A DNA stretch of 64,000 nucleotides from Bacillota bacterium (GTDB lineage Bacteria > Bacillota > Ch66 > Ch109). The notes beneath the pieces were generated by a model that was not told the DNA's origin, searched no databases, and worked only from the letters and a program-made list of their open reading frames with translations. Positions 18,095 through 28,037 of this stretch are shown here, one piece after another. How positions within the stretch are numbered: the stretch's first letter is position 1; the number at the start of each line of letters is the position of its first letter. The translations under genes and the position numbers were made by a program. Where the stretch lies: assembly GCA_050952625.1 (NCBI GenBank), contig JBMNLH010000001.1:1056001-1120000 (forward strand), given 5' to 3'.

Positions 18095-20230
18095 TTGAAA
18101 GTTGTCCGTGCTAATGCGGCCGGTTTCTGTTCTGGGGTTAGAAGGGCTCTAGAGACTGCCGAAAAAGCACTGGTGGAATCGGAGCACCAACTAACCCTAG
18201 CAGGAAAACAACCTAAGGTCTATACTCTGGGCCCTATTGTCCATAATCAATCGGTTGTCGAGCACTTGGCCAAAAAGGGAATTGGGGTGGTTGAAGCGGT
18301 AGAGGAGCTTCCCCCAGATGCTGATTGTCAATTAATTATTCGTTCACACGGCGTAGGTCCTGGTATCTTGCGTAAGGCTGAGCAGCATGGTCTTCAGATA
18401 ATCGATGCCACTTGCCCTTTAGTCAGGCGGGTTCAGCAATTTGCCCAATCTCTGGCCACAGAAGGATACGTTGTCGTCATAGTTGGCGATAAATACCATC
18501 CTGAGGTGACTGGGATTTTAGACTGGACCATGGGACAAGGGATTGTGGTGGCTGATCCGGAAGAGGCTCGGGCGATACCTCAATCCTCAAGGATTGGGGT
18601 AGTCAGCCAAACGACCCAAACTGAGAGCAATTATCGTGAGGTAGTTCGAGTGCTTTTAGAAAAGGGACGTGAGGTAAGAGCTTACAATACCATCTGCCCG
18701 GCGACGCGTGAGAGACAAGAGGCTGCCAGAAACCTCGCCCAAGCAGTTCAATTAATGGTGGTAATTGGCAGTTTTTCTAGTGCTAACACCCGTAAGTTGG
18801 TCAAGGTGTGTCAGATGGCCGAGATACCAGTGTATCAGGTAGAGAATGCTTCTCAACTTGAAAAGGCCTGGTTTCAAGGGGTACACAGGGTAGGGGTTAC
18901 CGCTGGAGCTTCTACTCCAGAATGGATTATTGAGGAGGTAATGGTTAAGATGTCGGAAATTGCACAAGAAAGTTTGTTGGAAAATGAGCAAGAGAAAGAT
19001 GGTTTGACAACTATTCCAAATGAGTCTACGGGTGATATTAATCAAGAATCTGCACCAGCACCGGAACTCGGAGCTCAGATGGATGAAAGAGAAGCGTCAG
19101 AAATGATGGAGGACCAGCTTACCCGGGATATGCCCGATCTCCGTTCAGGCAACATTATTAAAGGTAAAGTGGTTCAGGTTCGGGACGACGAAGTGCTGGT
19201 AGATGTTGGGGGTAAATCGGAAGGTATTATCCCATTAAAAGAGTTATCAATCCGTAATATTACTTCGGCTCGAGAACTAGTTCAGGCCGGAGACGAAATA
19301 GAAGTTTTAGTTGTTCGAGCGGAAAATGATGAAGGGACAATGATCTTATCCAAACGACGGGCTGATCAGATGAAAGCTTGGGCTGATTTAGAGGAAGCCT
19401 TCGAAACTAAACGAGAACTGTCTGGTGAAGTTGTTCAAGTAGTGAAGGGTGGCCTGTTAGTTGATGTTGGGGCACGCGGATTTGTCCCGGCATCGTTAAT
19501 CGAACGGGGTTATGTCAGCAATTTGGAGAACTATCTGGGTAAGACGTTACGGTTGAGGGTAATTGACCTGGACCGTAATAAAAATAAAGTAGTTTTATCC
19601 CAAAAGGCAATTCTGGAAGAAGAATATGAAGCTGCTCGACAGAAACTATGGGAGACGATTGAGGCTGGGCAGCGCTGCCGTGGGATTGTTCGACGCCTAA
19701 CTAATTTTGGGGCCTTTGTCGATGTAGGCGGAGCGGATGGTCTCCTGCACATTTCGGAAATGTCATGGACTCACATTAATCATCCTTCAGAAGTAGTTCA
19801 GGAAAATGATGAAATTGAAGTATATGTTTTAGCCGTTGATAAAGACAAACAAAGGATTTCTCTAGGATTAAAGCAAATAATCCGCAGTCCCTGGGAATTA
19901 GCGGCCGATAAGTATCAAATCGGTCAAATTATTACCGGCAAGGTAGTCCGAACCGTACCCTTTGGAGCCTTTGTCCAGGTTGAGCCGGGAGTCGAAGGCT
20001 TGATCCACATCTCTCAATTAGCTCCTTATCGGGTTGGTCGAGCAGAAGACGTGGTTAATGCCGGAGATGAGATTCCCGTGAAGATTCTTGATTTTAAACC
20101 ACAGGAACAACGAATGAGTCTGAGCTTGAGCAAGGCCAGAGAGGAATTAGAAGCTGCTGAACAGCAACAAATTGTTGATGAATACAAGGCCACGGATGCT
20201 GGGGAAGATAAAGTCGCGGCTGAGTTCTAG
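18095..20230 (+). CDS. ispH: IspH / ribosomal protein S1 fusion
   Basis: GFC, DATCP, TICPAT and TAGASTP (IspH), then an acidic linker and four S1 repeats. Confidence 0.95.
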   Translation: MKVVRANAAGFCSGVRRALETAEKALVESEHQLTLAGKQPKVYTLGPIVHNQSVVEHLAKKGIGVVEAVEELPPDADCQLIIRSHGVGPGILRKAEQHGLQIIDATCPLVRRVQQFAQSLATEGYVVVIVGDKYHPEVTGILDWTMGQGIVVADPEEARAIPQSSRIGVVSQTTQTESNYREVVRVLLEKGREVRAYNTICPATRERQEAARNLAQAVQLMVVIGSFSSANTRKLVKVCQMAEIPVYQVENASQLEKAWFQGVHRVGVTAGASTPEWIIEEVMVKMSEIAQESLLENEQEKDGLTTIPNESTGDINQESAPAPELGAQMDEREASEMMEDQLTRDMPDLRSGNIIKGKVVQVRDDEVLVDVGGKSEGIIPLKELSIRNITSARELVQAGDEIEVLVVRAENDEGTMILSKRRADQMKAWADLEEAFETKRELSGEVVQVVKGGLLVDVGARGFVPASLIERGYVSNLENYLGKTLRLRVIDLDRNKNKVVLSQKAILEEEYEAARQKLWETIEAGQRCRGIVRRLTNFGAFVDVGGADGLLHISEMSWTHINHPSEVVQENDEIEVYVLAVDKDKQRISLGLKQIIRSPWELAADKYQIGQIITGKVVRTVPFGAFVQVEPGVEGLIHISQLAPYRVGRAEDVVNAGDEIPVKILDFKPQEQRMSLSLSKAREELEAAEQQQIVDEYKATDAGEDKVAAEF

Positions 20231-20290
20231 TTTTCAAAATTAAACTAGGGTTATAACTGGACAGTTTATATAGGTAAGGGGGGCAAATCA

Positions 20291-20521
20291 ATGGCTTATT
20301 ATGACTTTCAATGTCTAAGTTGCGGTAATCAATTCGAAATAAAGACATCCCCTCACGACCTGGATAAGGTTCAGTGCCCCGGGTGTGAGGGAAAACAATT
20401 AAAACGAATCTATAAACACTTCGGGTTGTTTGTTAAGGCTGGTAAATACGGTGGTTCAACGGGCCCTCGAGGTGGGCCTGGTTCTGAACCGCCCTGTGCA
20501 GACTGTTCTACCGGTGGTTGA
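20291..20521 (+). CDS. FmdB-family zinc-ribbon protein (possible Sec read-through to 20530)
   Basis: YDFQCLSCGNQFE..CPGC; C-terminus CADCSTGG then TGA GGC CTC TAA. Confidence 0.85.
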   Translation: MAYYDFQCLSCGNQFEIKTSPHDLDKVQCPGCEGKQLKRIYKHFGLFVKAGKYGGSTGPRGGPGSEPPCADCSTGG

Positions 20522-20635
20522 GGCCTCTAAATGCGGTGTTGGTCTCTCTATGAGTAATGCACGACGGATCTGCACTAACCCAGCAAAGGATCAACTATCG
20601 CAATTCCGGTCGGGGGCTGGAAAGCAATGAATCAG

Positions 20636-20679
20636 AGGAAAACCGGTAGCATTTGAGAGGCTATTGGTTTTCCTTTTTA
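20636..20679 (+). terminator. Intrinsic terminator
   Basis: aggaaaaccggtagc...gctattggttttcct followed by T run. Confidence 0.75.
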
Positions 20680-20817
20680 TTTGAACTCCTATTTGTTATG
20701 ATATTTTATAGTTTACATATTTGTGTATTCTTAGGGTTTGTGAAAGATATTTCAGGAACCGCTTGGCAAAAGAGACCTTTACTTTTGACATAGCAGATAT
20801 GGGTTGGAGGAGATTTT

Positions 20818-21408
20818 TTGGCAAAACTTAAAGCGGGCGGAATTATCTTAGCTGGTGGAAAGAGTAGTCGAATGAAAAAAAATAAGGCCTTTCTAGAAGT
20901 GGGTCAATTACGAATCATCGAACGTATCCTAATTGAGCTTAAAGAGGCAGGATTAGACCCATTAATTGTCACCAATTCCCCGGAAGAGTACACGCATCTG
21001 GGAGTTCAAGTGATCGTTGATCTGATTCCCAGGCAAGGTCCGCTAAGTGGGGTGCATGCTGGTCTGGTTACCTCGAACTACAACTATAATCTAGTGGTGG
21101 CTTGTGATATGCCCTTTATTCACCGGGTTTTAGCGGAGCATTTATTAGCCAAAGCTCCTGGTTTTGATGCCGTGGTGCCTCAAATCGACGGTCTTGCTCA
21201 GCCCCTTTTTGCCGTTTACTCGAAGAATTGCATACAGCCGATCGAACGCTGTCTAAACTCGAACATCCGTAAGATGACGGCCTTTTACCAAGACATTAAC
21301 ATTTTGATGATTAACGAAGAGATTGTGCGTAGCCTGGTTGACCCTGAAAAGGTCTTTTATAACGTGAATACCCCGGAAGATTGGCAGGGGGCAGAACGAC
21401 TGATTTAA
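20818..21408 (+). CDS. mobA: Molybdenum cofactor guanylyltransferase
   Basis: ILAGGKSSRM..NKA, GPLSG, ACDMPF and NVNTPED motifs. Confidence 0.93.
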   Translation: MAKLKAGGIILAGGKSSRMKKNKAFLEVGQLRIIERILIELKEAGLDPLIVTNSPEEYTHLGVQVIVDLIPRQGPLSGVHAGLVTSNYNYNLVVACDMPFIHRVLAEHLLAKAPGFDAVVPQIDGLAQPLFAVYSKNCIQPIERCLNSNIRKMTAFYQDINILMINEEIVRSLVDPEKVFYNVNTPEDWQGAERLI

Positions 21409-21430
21409 TATATAGGAGTGGCCAGTATTT

Positions 21431-22498
21431 ATGCATGATGAAAATAGTTTCCGGCGTAACCGGAAAATTGAGCATATTCGGTGCTTTTTAGCCCTAGAAG
21501 ATGGCCCATTTGCCAGCGGTCTTGAAGATCTTAATCTAATTCATCAAGCCCTACCCGAACTTAATTTCGAGGAAATTGACCTGTCGGTAGAATTCATGGG
21601 GAAAAGGCTGGATGCCCCGATTATCATCAACGCTATAACCGGGGGTAATCAAGAAGTGCTTTTCATCAATCGTGCCTTGGCTCAGGTAGCGCGAGAATTT
21701 AACCTTGCTATGGCGGTTGGTTCCCAAACGGCAGCTCTGGAAAACCCAGCAGTCCGAGAGACTTATCAAGTAGCCCGCCAGGAGAACCCGGCCGGGGTTC
21801 TCCTGGCCAATATCGGGGCTTTGATTGCTCCAGAACAGGCACTACGGGCCGTAGAGATGATTCAGGCCGATGCCTTGCAGGTTCATTTGAATGTTCCACA
21901 GGAGTTAGCCATGGACGAAGGTGACCGCACGTTTGCCGGAGTGCTGGCCAATCTCAGCCGGATCGTTGAGGCCTGCCCGGTACCGGTTATGGTTAAGGAA
22001 GTGGGGTTTGGCCTTTCCCGGGAAACGGTCACTCGTTTAGCGAAAATCGGTGTCCAATGGGTGGATATTGGGGGGCTAGGAGGAACCAACTTTATTGCCA
22101 TTGAAAACCAGCGAGGAGAGTCCTTGGTTAGCGACAGTCTTGAAACCTGGGGAATACCCACAGCGATTAGCCTTTTAGAAACCCTAGCGCAAAACCATTC
22201 TTTTAGAGTAGTTGCCACTGGAGGAATCCGCAGTGCTTTAGATGTGGCTAAAGTACTGGCGGTTGGGGCTGACCTGGCCGGCATGGCTGGTCCGATCTTG
22301 CGTTTATTAATCCAAGAATCACCGGCCGCCCTCCGGATGGCTTTGACTAAAATGCTTTATGAACTAAGATGTATCTTTCTGATGACCGGAGCCAAGAATC
22401 TTCAAGACCTGCAGCGCAAACCAGTGGTGATTACCGGAAAAACAAGAGAGTGGTTAGCGCAGCGGGGAATAGAAACAGCCCATTATGCACAACGCTAG
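21431..22498 (+). CDS. fni: Type 2 isopentenyl-diphosphate delta-isomerase
   Basis: RKIEHI, NAITGG, AVGSQ, HLNVPQE, VKEVGFG and GGTNF motifs. Confidence 0.96.
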   Translation: MHDENSFRRNRKIEHIRCFLALEDGPFASGLEDLNLIHQALPELNFEEIDLSVEFMGKRLDAPIIINAITGGNQEVLFINRALAQVAREFNLAMAVGSQTAALENPAVRETYQVARQENPAGVLLANIGALIAPEQALRAVEMIQADALQVHLNVPQELAMDEGDRTFAGVLANLSRIVEACPVPVMVKEVGFGLSRETVTRLAKIGVQWVDIGGLGGTNFIAIENQRGESLVSDSLETWGIPTAISLLETLAQNHSFRVVATGGIRSALDVAKVLAVGADLAGMAGPILRLLIQESPAALRMALTKMLYELRCIFLMTGAKNLQDLQRKPVVITGKTREWLAQRGIETAHYAQR

Positions 22499-22609
22499 TC
22501 ACCGATCTAATTAATTGCTTAGCCGCGACCAGGGTTTTGCAAATATCCATTATTTTATGAAGGTTTTACGATGAAGAGTATCAAAAATAAGAATAGTTAA
22601 CAATAAGTG

Positions 22610-22637
22610 ACGGTCAGAAAATATCTGGCCGTTTTTC
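22610..22637 (+). terminator. Probable terminator after fni
   Basis: acggtcaga-aaata-tctggccgt followed by T run. Confidence 0.6.
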
Positions 22638-22702
22638 TTATCTTTTTCATTAGAATTGAGAAACTATCATAAAGAGATTTTCCTAGAAAGGCGGGTCAAG
22701 CC

Positions 22703-23587
22703 CTGAGAAATATCTGGAAAGGTTCCATCAGTTTTGGGTTAGTCAACATCCCTATAAAGGTCTATCCGGCGACTGAAGACCGAGATATACATTTTAACCT
22801 TCTCCATTCTGTCTGTCAGACCCCCATAAAATACCAACGGCGTTGCCCTAGTTGTGAGCGAGAGGTCAGCCAGGGAGAAATTGTACGGGGTTTTGAGTAT
22901 GAAAAGGGACGTTATGTCATCATCTCGGATGAAGATATGGAGGAAATGTCGGCTCAAAAGGGTCGAACCATAGATATTCTTGATTTTGTGGACCTGAAGG
23001 AGATTGACCCCATCTATTTTGCAAAATCCTATTTTCTAGCTCCGGCTGAGGGAGGGATGAAGGCTTACGCCTTATTGCACCAGGCGATGGCGGAATCAGG
23101 GCAAATTGCTATTGCCCGGGTTGTCCTGCGGGCAAAAGAATCCCTGGCAGCGATCCGGATTTACCAAAAGGCCTTGATGATGGAAACCATGTATTACCCG
23201 GAGGAAATCCGTTCCGTCGAGCTGCTCACCGAATTGCAGCAAGATTTTACGGTTCAGGAAAAAGAAGTCGCCATGGCCCAATCGTTGATTGCTAGTTTGA
23301 CTATTCCTTTCAACCCCCAGAAATACCAAAGCGAATACCGTCAGGCGGTCCGACAAATGATTGAAGCCAAGGTTCAGGGGGAAGAGGTGATCATTCCAAC
23401 TAAACCGCAGCCTGGCAAGGTGGTCGACCTGATGGAAGCCCTGCGGGCCAGCATTCGGCTGGCTGAAGAAAAGCAGGGCAAAGAACCGTTAAATAAAGAT
23501 AACCAAGAAGAGCCAACCAAAACCACGAAGGAAACGAAACCTCGTACCCGGAAACGGAAGAAAGGAGCAGAACTGGCAGCCAAGTAA
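22703..23587 (+). CDS. ku: NHEJ DNA end-binding protein Ku (CTG start)
   Basis: Open frame from CTG 22703 reads (M)RNIWKGSISFGLVNIPIKVYPAT..; VVDLMEALRAS motif and basic tail; in frame with the ORF at 22937. Confidence 0.93.
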   Translation: MRNIWKGSISFGLVNIPIKVYPATEDRDIHFNLLHSVCQTPIKYQRRCPSCEREVSQGEIVRGFEYEKGRYVIISDEDMEEMSAQKGRTIDILDFVDLKEIDPIYFAKSYFLAPAEGGMKAYALLHQAMAESGQIAIARVVLRAKESLAAIRIYQKALMMETMYYPEEIRSVELLTELQQDFTVQEKEVAMAQSLIASLTIPFNPQKYQSEYRQAVRQMIEAKVQGEEVIIPTKPQPGKVVDLMEALRASIRLAEEKQGKEPLNKDNQEEPTKTTKETKPRTRKRKKGAELAAK

Positions 23588-23662
23588 AACCTTCTTTATC
23601 TCGATTTTTCTTAGCTATTTGGATAATCGCCTGTCATGGCGAAGAATGATTGAGGTGATGCG

Positions 23663-24610
23663 ATGTTGCTAGGGAAGCCCTTCCGGCCCATGGAGCCGGT
23701 TCGTTATGCGGAACCTTTTGATTCGCCGGAATGGGGATTTCAGGTTAAGTGGGATGGCGTTCGTATCCTAGTCCATAAGCTGGGCCAGAAGGTAGTTTTA
23801 TATAATAAGAAACTCCACGAACGAACCAATCAATACCCGGACCTGATTGAGGAATGCCTGGCAGTCCTGGGCTGTCAGGAGGCAGTGCTGGATGGGGAGG
23901 TAGTCGTTCTGGCTGAAGGAAGGCCTCATTTTGCGCGGGTCCTGCAGCGGGACTGGGCGACTAACCCGAGGACGATCCGCAGTTTGGTTCAACAATTGCC
24001 AATCGCTTATATGGTTTTTGATCTGTTGCATCTTGATGGTGTCGACTTAACCAATCTTTCCTTTTGTCAACGCCAGGAATACCTCCAGCAGTTAGTTGCC
24101 CCGGGATCAATTATCTATCCGGTAGAAACAGTGCTGGGAACCGGTCGATCAATCTTTACTGCTGTAGTGAACCGTAATCTGGAAGGAATAGTGGCCAAGC
24201 GGTTAACCAGCACCTACCTCCTGGGACAGAAATCAGACTTGTGGCGCAAGATCAAGAACGTTAAACAACAATCCTTTATTGTCGGAGGTTATTTAATCAA
24301 AGAAGGCCGACCAAATTCTTTATTATTAGGTGCTTATGTAGAAAATGATTTGATATACGTGGGTCGGGTTAGTTCTGGTCTTTCTGCGGCACACTTAAAT
24401 CTGATCCGCGACCATTTTCCTCCGGATCCATCTGTTCCTTCACCTTTTCGAGATATCCCTCGTCTGCCTCCCGGAGAGACTGAGGTGCAGTGGTTGCCGC
24501 CCTGTTTGGTTGCCGTAGTTGAGTTTCTGGAATGGACCGATGACCTGAAAGTAAGACACCCGAAAATTATTGGTTTTTCAACAGATTCCCCTGAATCATG
24601 TACGTTGTAA
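23663..24610 (+). CDS. ligD: ATP-dependent DNA ligase (LigD ligase domain)
   Basis: KWDG motif I, LDGEVV, FDLL, EGIVAKR, WRKIK and OB-fold YVGRVSSG. Confidence 0.9.
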   Translation: MLLGKPFRPMEPVRYAEPFDSPEWGFQVKWDGVRILVHKLGQKVVLYNKKLHERTNQYPDLIEECLAVLGCQEAVLDGEVVVLAEGRPHFARVLQRDWATNPRTIRSLVQQLPIAYMVFDLLHLDGVDLTNLSFCQRQEYLQQLVAPGSIIYPVETVLGTGRSIFTAVVNRNLEGIVAKRLTSTYLLGQKSDLWRKIKNVKQQSFIVGGYLIKEGRPNSLLLGAYVENDLIYVGRVSSGLSAAHLNLIRDHFPPDPSVPSPFRDIPRLPPGETEVQWLPPCLVAVVEFLEWTDDLKVRHPKIIGFSTDSPESCTL

Positions 24611-24700
24611 CAGCATTTATGACCTTAATTATTTATACACATACTTATATTGCTTATACCGCAAGCCAACTACTCTCAGATAATGACTAGGAGGGAAACG

Positions 24701-25609
24701 GTGCAGGTTCAAATCAATGACAATAGTGTCCAGTTTACTAACTTGGAAAAAGTATTCTGGCCGGAAGAGGGGTATACCAAGCTGGATGTCTTAAACTACT
24801 ACACTCAGGTGGCTCCTTTTCTATTACCCCACCTGCGGGACAGGCCAATGGTCATGGTTCGTTATCCCAATGGGATTACCGGCCACCATTTTTATCAGAA
24901 GGAGTGTCCGGATTATGCCCCGGACTGGGTGCGGACCATTAGCCTCGAACACAGCGGGGGGAAACGGATCCATTACTGCCTGTGCAATAACCTGGAAACC
25001 CTGCTTTGGCTGGTAAATCAAGGCGCAATTGAGCTTCACCCCTGGCTATCCCGTTATCAGAGTGACAATTATCCCGATTTTTTAGTCTTCGATTTGGATC
25101 CGGATCCACCATCTGCTTTCCCAGACACTATTCCTTTAGCCCTGGTTTTAAAAGAAGCCTTGGCAGAATTCGATCTGCAGGGTTTCGTTAAAACCTCTGG
25201 AGCAACTGGTCTGCATCTTTACGTTCCGATCATGCCGCAATACCCTTATTCAGTAATTACCCAGGCTGCTGGTTTTCTGGCAAGCTTAGTCGCCGAGGCT
25301 TACCCCCGGCAGGCCACTGTTGAGCGAATGGTCCGCAACCGAGGAGGTCGCGTTTATCTTGATTATTTGCAGAACGGTCGGGGTAAGACCCTGGCTTCTG
25401 TGTACTGCTTGCGTCCAATACCCGGCAGCCCAGTATCCATGCCGGTAACTTGGGAGGAACTAACCCAAACAAAAGTTAACCTTGATCCGACCTACTTTAC
25501 TCTTAAAACTGCGCCGAGCCAACTCCAGCAAAGAGGTGATTTATTTGCCCCGGTCCTGTCTATTAAGCAGAGTATAGATCGTTTGGTCAAAGCGGCAGGG
25601 ATTAGGTAA
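24701..25609 (+). CDS. ligD: LigD polymerase (AEP) domain protein
   Basis: RYPNG, FYQK, ELHPW, FDLDP, KTSG..GLH and DYLQN motifs; GTG 24701 after aggagg. Confidence 0.92.
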   Translation: MQVQINDNSVQFTNLEKVFWPEEGYTKLDVLNYYTQVAPFLLPHLRDRPMVMVRYPNGITGHHFYQKECPDYAPDWVRTISLEHSGGKRIHYCLCNNLETLLWLVNQGAIELHPWLSRYQSDNYPDFLVFDLDPDPPSAFPDTIPLALVLKEALAEFDLQGFVKTSGATGLHLYVPIMPQYPYSVITQAAGFLASLVAEAYPRQATVERMVRNRGGRVYLDYLQNGRGKTLASVYCLRPIPGSPVSMPVTWEELTQTKVNLDPTYFTLKTAPSQLQQRGDLFAPVLSIKQSIDRLVKAAGIR

Positions 25610-25674
25610 GAGAATAGGATAAAAGACAGCGGGGTAATCTATTATTACTAATACTGGTGAAAGGAGTCAAAACC

Positions 25675-26496
25675 ATGACCGGATTTCCGATAGGTTTAAC
25701 TGTCTTAATAATCATCTCCGTTCTTATCTTTTTTGGTTTGGCACATCGGGTCCTGGATCGTTTACATCTTTCTGATAAGACAGCTCTAGTCATAATTGTG
25801 GCCATGGCGGTAGGCAGTTTTATTGACATTCCGCTAGGAGCCAGGGCCAGCCTGAATGTCGGGGGAGGTTTAATTCCGATTGGTCTGGCTATCTACGTCC
25901 TGAGCCGAGCCGGAACAAGCCGAGAGTGGGGGAGGGGGGTATTTGCTGCCGTGGTTACGGCCGGAGCCTTATACGGGGCCAATCGGTTAATTGGACCAGA
26001 TCCGGAGACCATGGCGATTGATCCGTTATATGTTTACCCGTTGATTGCCGGTCTTGTGGCTTATCTGATTGGTCGTTCACGCCGGACCGCTTTTGTTGCC
26101 GCTACTTTAGGCGTTGTGCTCCTTGATATCGGCTTGCTGGTCTGGCAGACGCGTACTGGTACACCGGGAACCGTTGCCCTCGGTGGAGCCGGGGCATTTG
26201 ACACCATTGTACTGGCCGGAGTAATTGCGGTTCTGTTGGCAGAATTAATTGGCGAGACCCGGGAAAGACTGCAGGGTGGACCAGCCGAAACAGGACGACC
26301 CCGAGCACTCCTGGAAAACCTTCGCGGTTCTAGTCTAAGGGCCAAACTTAAGCCGGTTCCAGAAAAGAAACCAATGTTTTCGACGACAGAATCGGTGAAC
26401 AAACCGGTCGGAAAAGATAACGACCAAGATCAAAAGGGCCGATCAACCTTGGCCCAAAATGATAATCCCAACGACAGGAGGGATTCGGGTGTTTAA
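25675..26496 (+). CDS. DUF1614-family membrane protein
   Basis: GSFIDIP, NVGGGLIP and GGAGAFD motifs; multiple TM segments; charged tail. Confidence 0.8.
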   Translation: MTGFPIGLTVLIIISVLIFFGLAHRVLDRLHLSDKTALVIIVAMAVGSFIDIPLGARASLNVGGGLIPIGLAIYVLSRAGTSREWGRGVFAAVVTAGALYGANRLIGPDPETMAIDPLYVYPLIAGLVAYLIGRSRRTAFVAATLGVVLLDIGLLVWQTRTGTPGTVALGGAGAFDTIVLAGVIAVLLAELIGETRERLQGGPAETGRPRALLENLRGSSLRAKLKPVPEKKPMFSTTESVNKPVGKDNDQDQKGRSTLAQNDNPNDRRDSGV

Positions 26497-28015
26497 AAAG
26501 CTAACCGGTTTAATTCTAATCTCGGTTTTTCTAGCCACGGCCGGGGTAGCAGCTGGAATGAGTATTGCCAATTTGCATTTATCGGAAATAACAGTTCCCG
26601 TATTAAATCCGCTTTCCTGGTTTAGTTCCGAAGGAGAGGAACGGACGGATGGTGGGCACTATGCGTTGGTTAACGAACAAGGTCAAGTTCTAGATCAAAC
26701 AGCAAGGCGGGTTTATGAGGGTGACGAATTCATTGATGCGGATAACAAACACTACCGAGTAACCAAAGTAGTCGGTGACATTGCCCATTGCGAGTATCTT
26801 GGTATAGCAAGCCTGGCCTGGGAGGAAACCGAATTATCCCCAAATAATGAACTAGCGATACCGGTGGCAACAAGTAAGCCTTTAGTGGGAATTTATCATA
26901 CCCATGGGGATGAGTCTTACCTGCCGTCACAGGGAGTGTCCTCGGTGGCTGCCGGAAAAAAAGGTGGGGTTACTGAAGTGGCTGTTGCTTTAAAGGATAA
27001 ACTTGAATCAATTGGTATCCCAACAGCTTACAATGATGCTCTCCATGCCCCTCATGATAGCGGTGCTTATCACCGATCTCGTCGCACCGCTAGCGCGCTG
27101 ATGAAACAAGGGGCTCAGGTTTTGATAGATGTTCACCGGGATTCAGCGCCGGCCCAAGCTTACCGAACCGAGATCAATGGCCAACAAGTGGCCCGGGTTA
27201 AATTAGTGGTTGGCCGCCGCAACCCGAATAGTTCAGCAAATTTGGGTTATGCCAAAAAAGTCAAAGCTTTCCTGGATCAAAACTTTCCCGGTTTAGCTAA
27301 GGGAATCTTTGTCGGCCGGGGTGTTTACAACCAAGATCTTCGGCCCACCTGTATCCTGCTAGAAGTCGGATCCAATCAAACCACCCTGGGAGAAGCTAAA
27401 GCGGCCGTAGGTTTATTTGCTGACACGCTGCCCAAAATAACCGGCATCAACTCTCAAACCGGAGCGCGACAGGTTAGTCAAACCGCCGATGAAGGCAGTA
27501 ACTGGAGGTCCCTGGGTTGGTTGATCGCGGCAGTTATTATCGGAGGAGCTGGATACCTGCTAATTAGTACTGGTAGTTTTAAAGGAGCGATTAATAAAAT
27601 GAAACATTTTGGCGGCTCAGAGTGGACCAATTTTTTTGGTCGCCGGCGCACCCGGGAGGTAATTAAGAAGGAAGAGATTTCCGGTCCCTTAGCTTCAATA
27701 TCTGATTCAATTGATTCTAGTGATTCGCTGCAAGCTGATTCTTCAAAGAATGATCGACAGAATCAGGATCGGCCTCGGAACAATGCAGAACAACCTTTTT
27801 TACACGAGGATAATGATCATCGAAATAATCAAAATCATTCAACTGCCTCCGGCGTAACTAGCCAAACTGAGACCCAAACTCAAAGGGAGTATATTTGGGA
27901 GCCAAGCGTTGAGTTGACTCCAAATGAGCCAATAGAGCGGGGCTTAAACAAGAATGAGAATCAAAAACAAAATCAAAGTCACAATGAAAGCACGGATGGT
28001 GGACAGCTTAACTAA
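26489..28015 (+). CDS. spoIIP: SpoIIP-family amidase with C-terminal TM and low-complexity tail
   Basis: IYHTH..ESY, H..AY.RSR.T, DVHRD, YNQDL and LEVG motifs. Confidence 0.85.
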   Translation: MFKKLTGLILISVFLATAGVAAGMSIANLHLSEITVPVLNPLSWFSSEGEERTDGGHYALVNEQGQVLDQTARRVYEGDEFIDADNKHYRVTKVVGDIAHCEYLGIASLAWEETELSPNNELAIPVATSKPLVGIYHTHGDESYLPSQGVSSVAAGKKGGVTEVAVALKDKLESIGIPTAYNDALHAPHDSGAYHRSRRTASALMKQGAQVLIDVHRDSAPAQAYRTEINGQQVARVKLVVGRRNPNSSANLGYAKKVKAFLDQNFPGLAKGIFVGRGVYNQDLRPTCILLEVGSNQTTLGEAKAAVGLFADTLPKITGINSQTGARQVSQTADEGSNWRSLGWLIAAVIIGGAGYLLISTGSFKGAINKMKHFGGSEWTNFFGRRRTREVIKKEEISGPLASISDSIDSSDSLQADSSKNDRQNQDRPRNNAEQPFLHEDNDHRNNQNHSTASGVTSQTETQTQREYIWEPSVELTPNEPIERGLNKNENQKQNQSHNESTDGGQLN

Positions 28016-28037
28016 ATCGGGTTAGGGTTGAAGACGA

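Noticed and set aside
18095-20230. IspH-S1 fusion as a novelty
   Set aside because: This fusion is well known in Clostridia
20680-20817. Moco/Tuco riboswitch upstream of mobA
   Set aside because: I could not find the expected conserved stems; an Rfam scan would settle it
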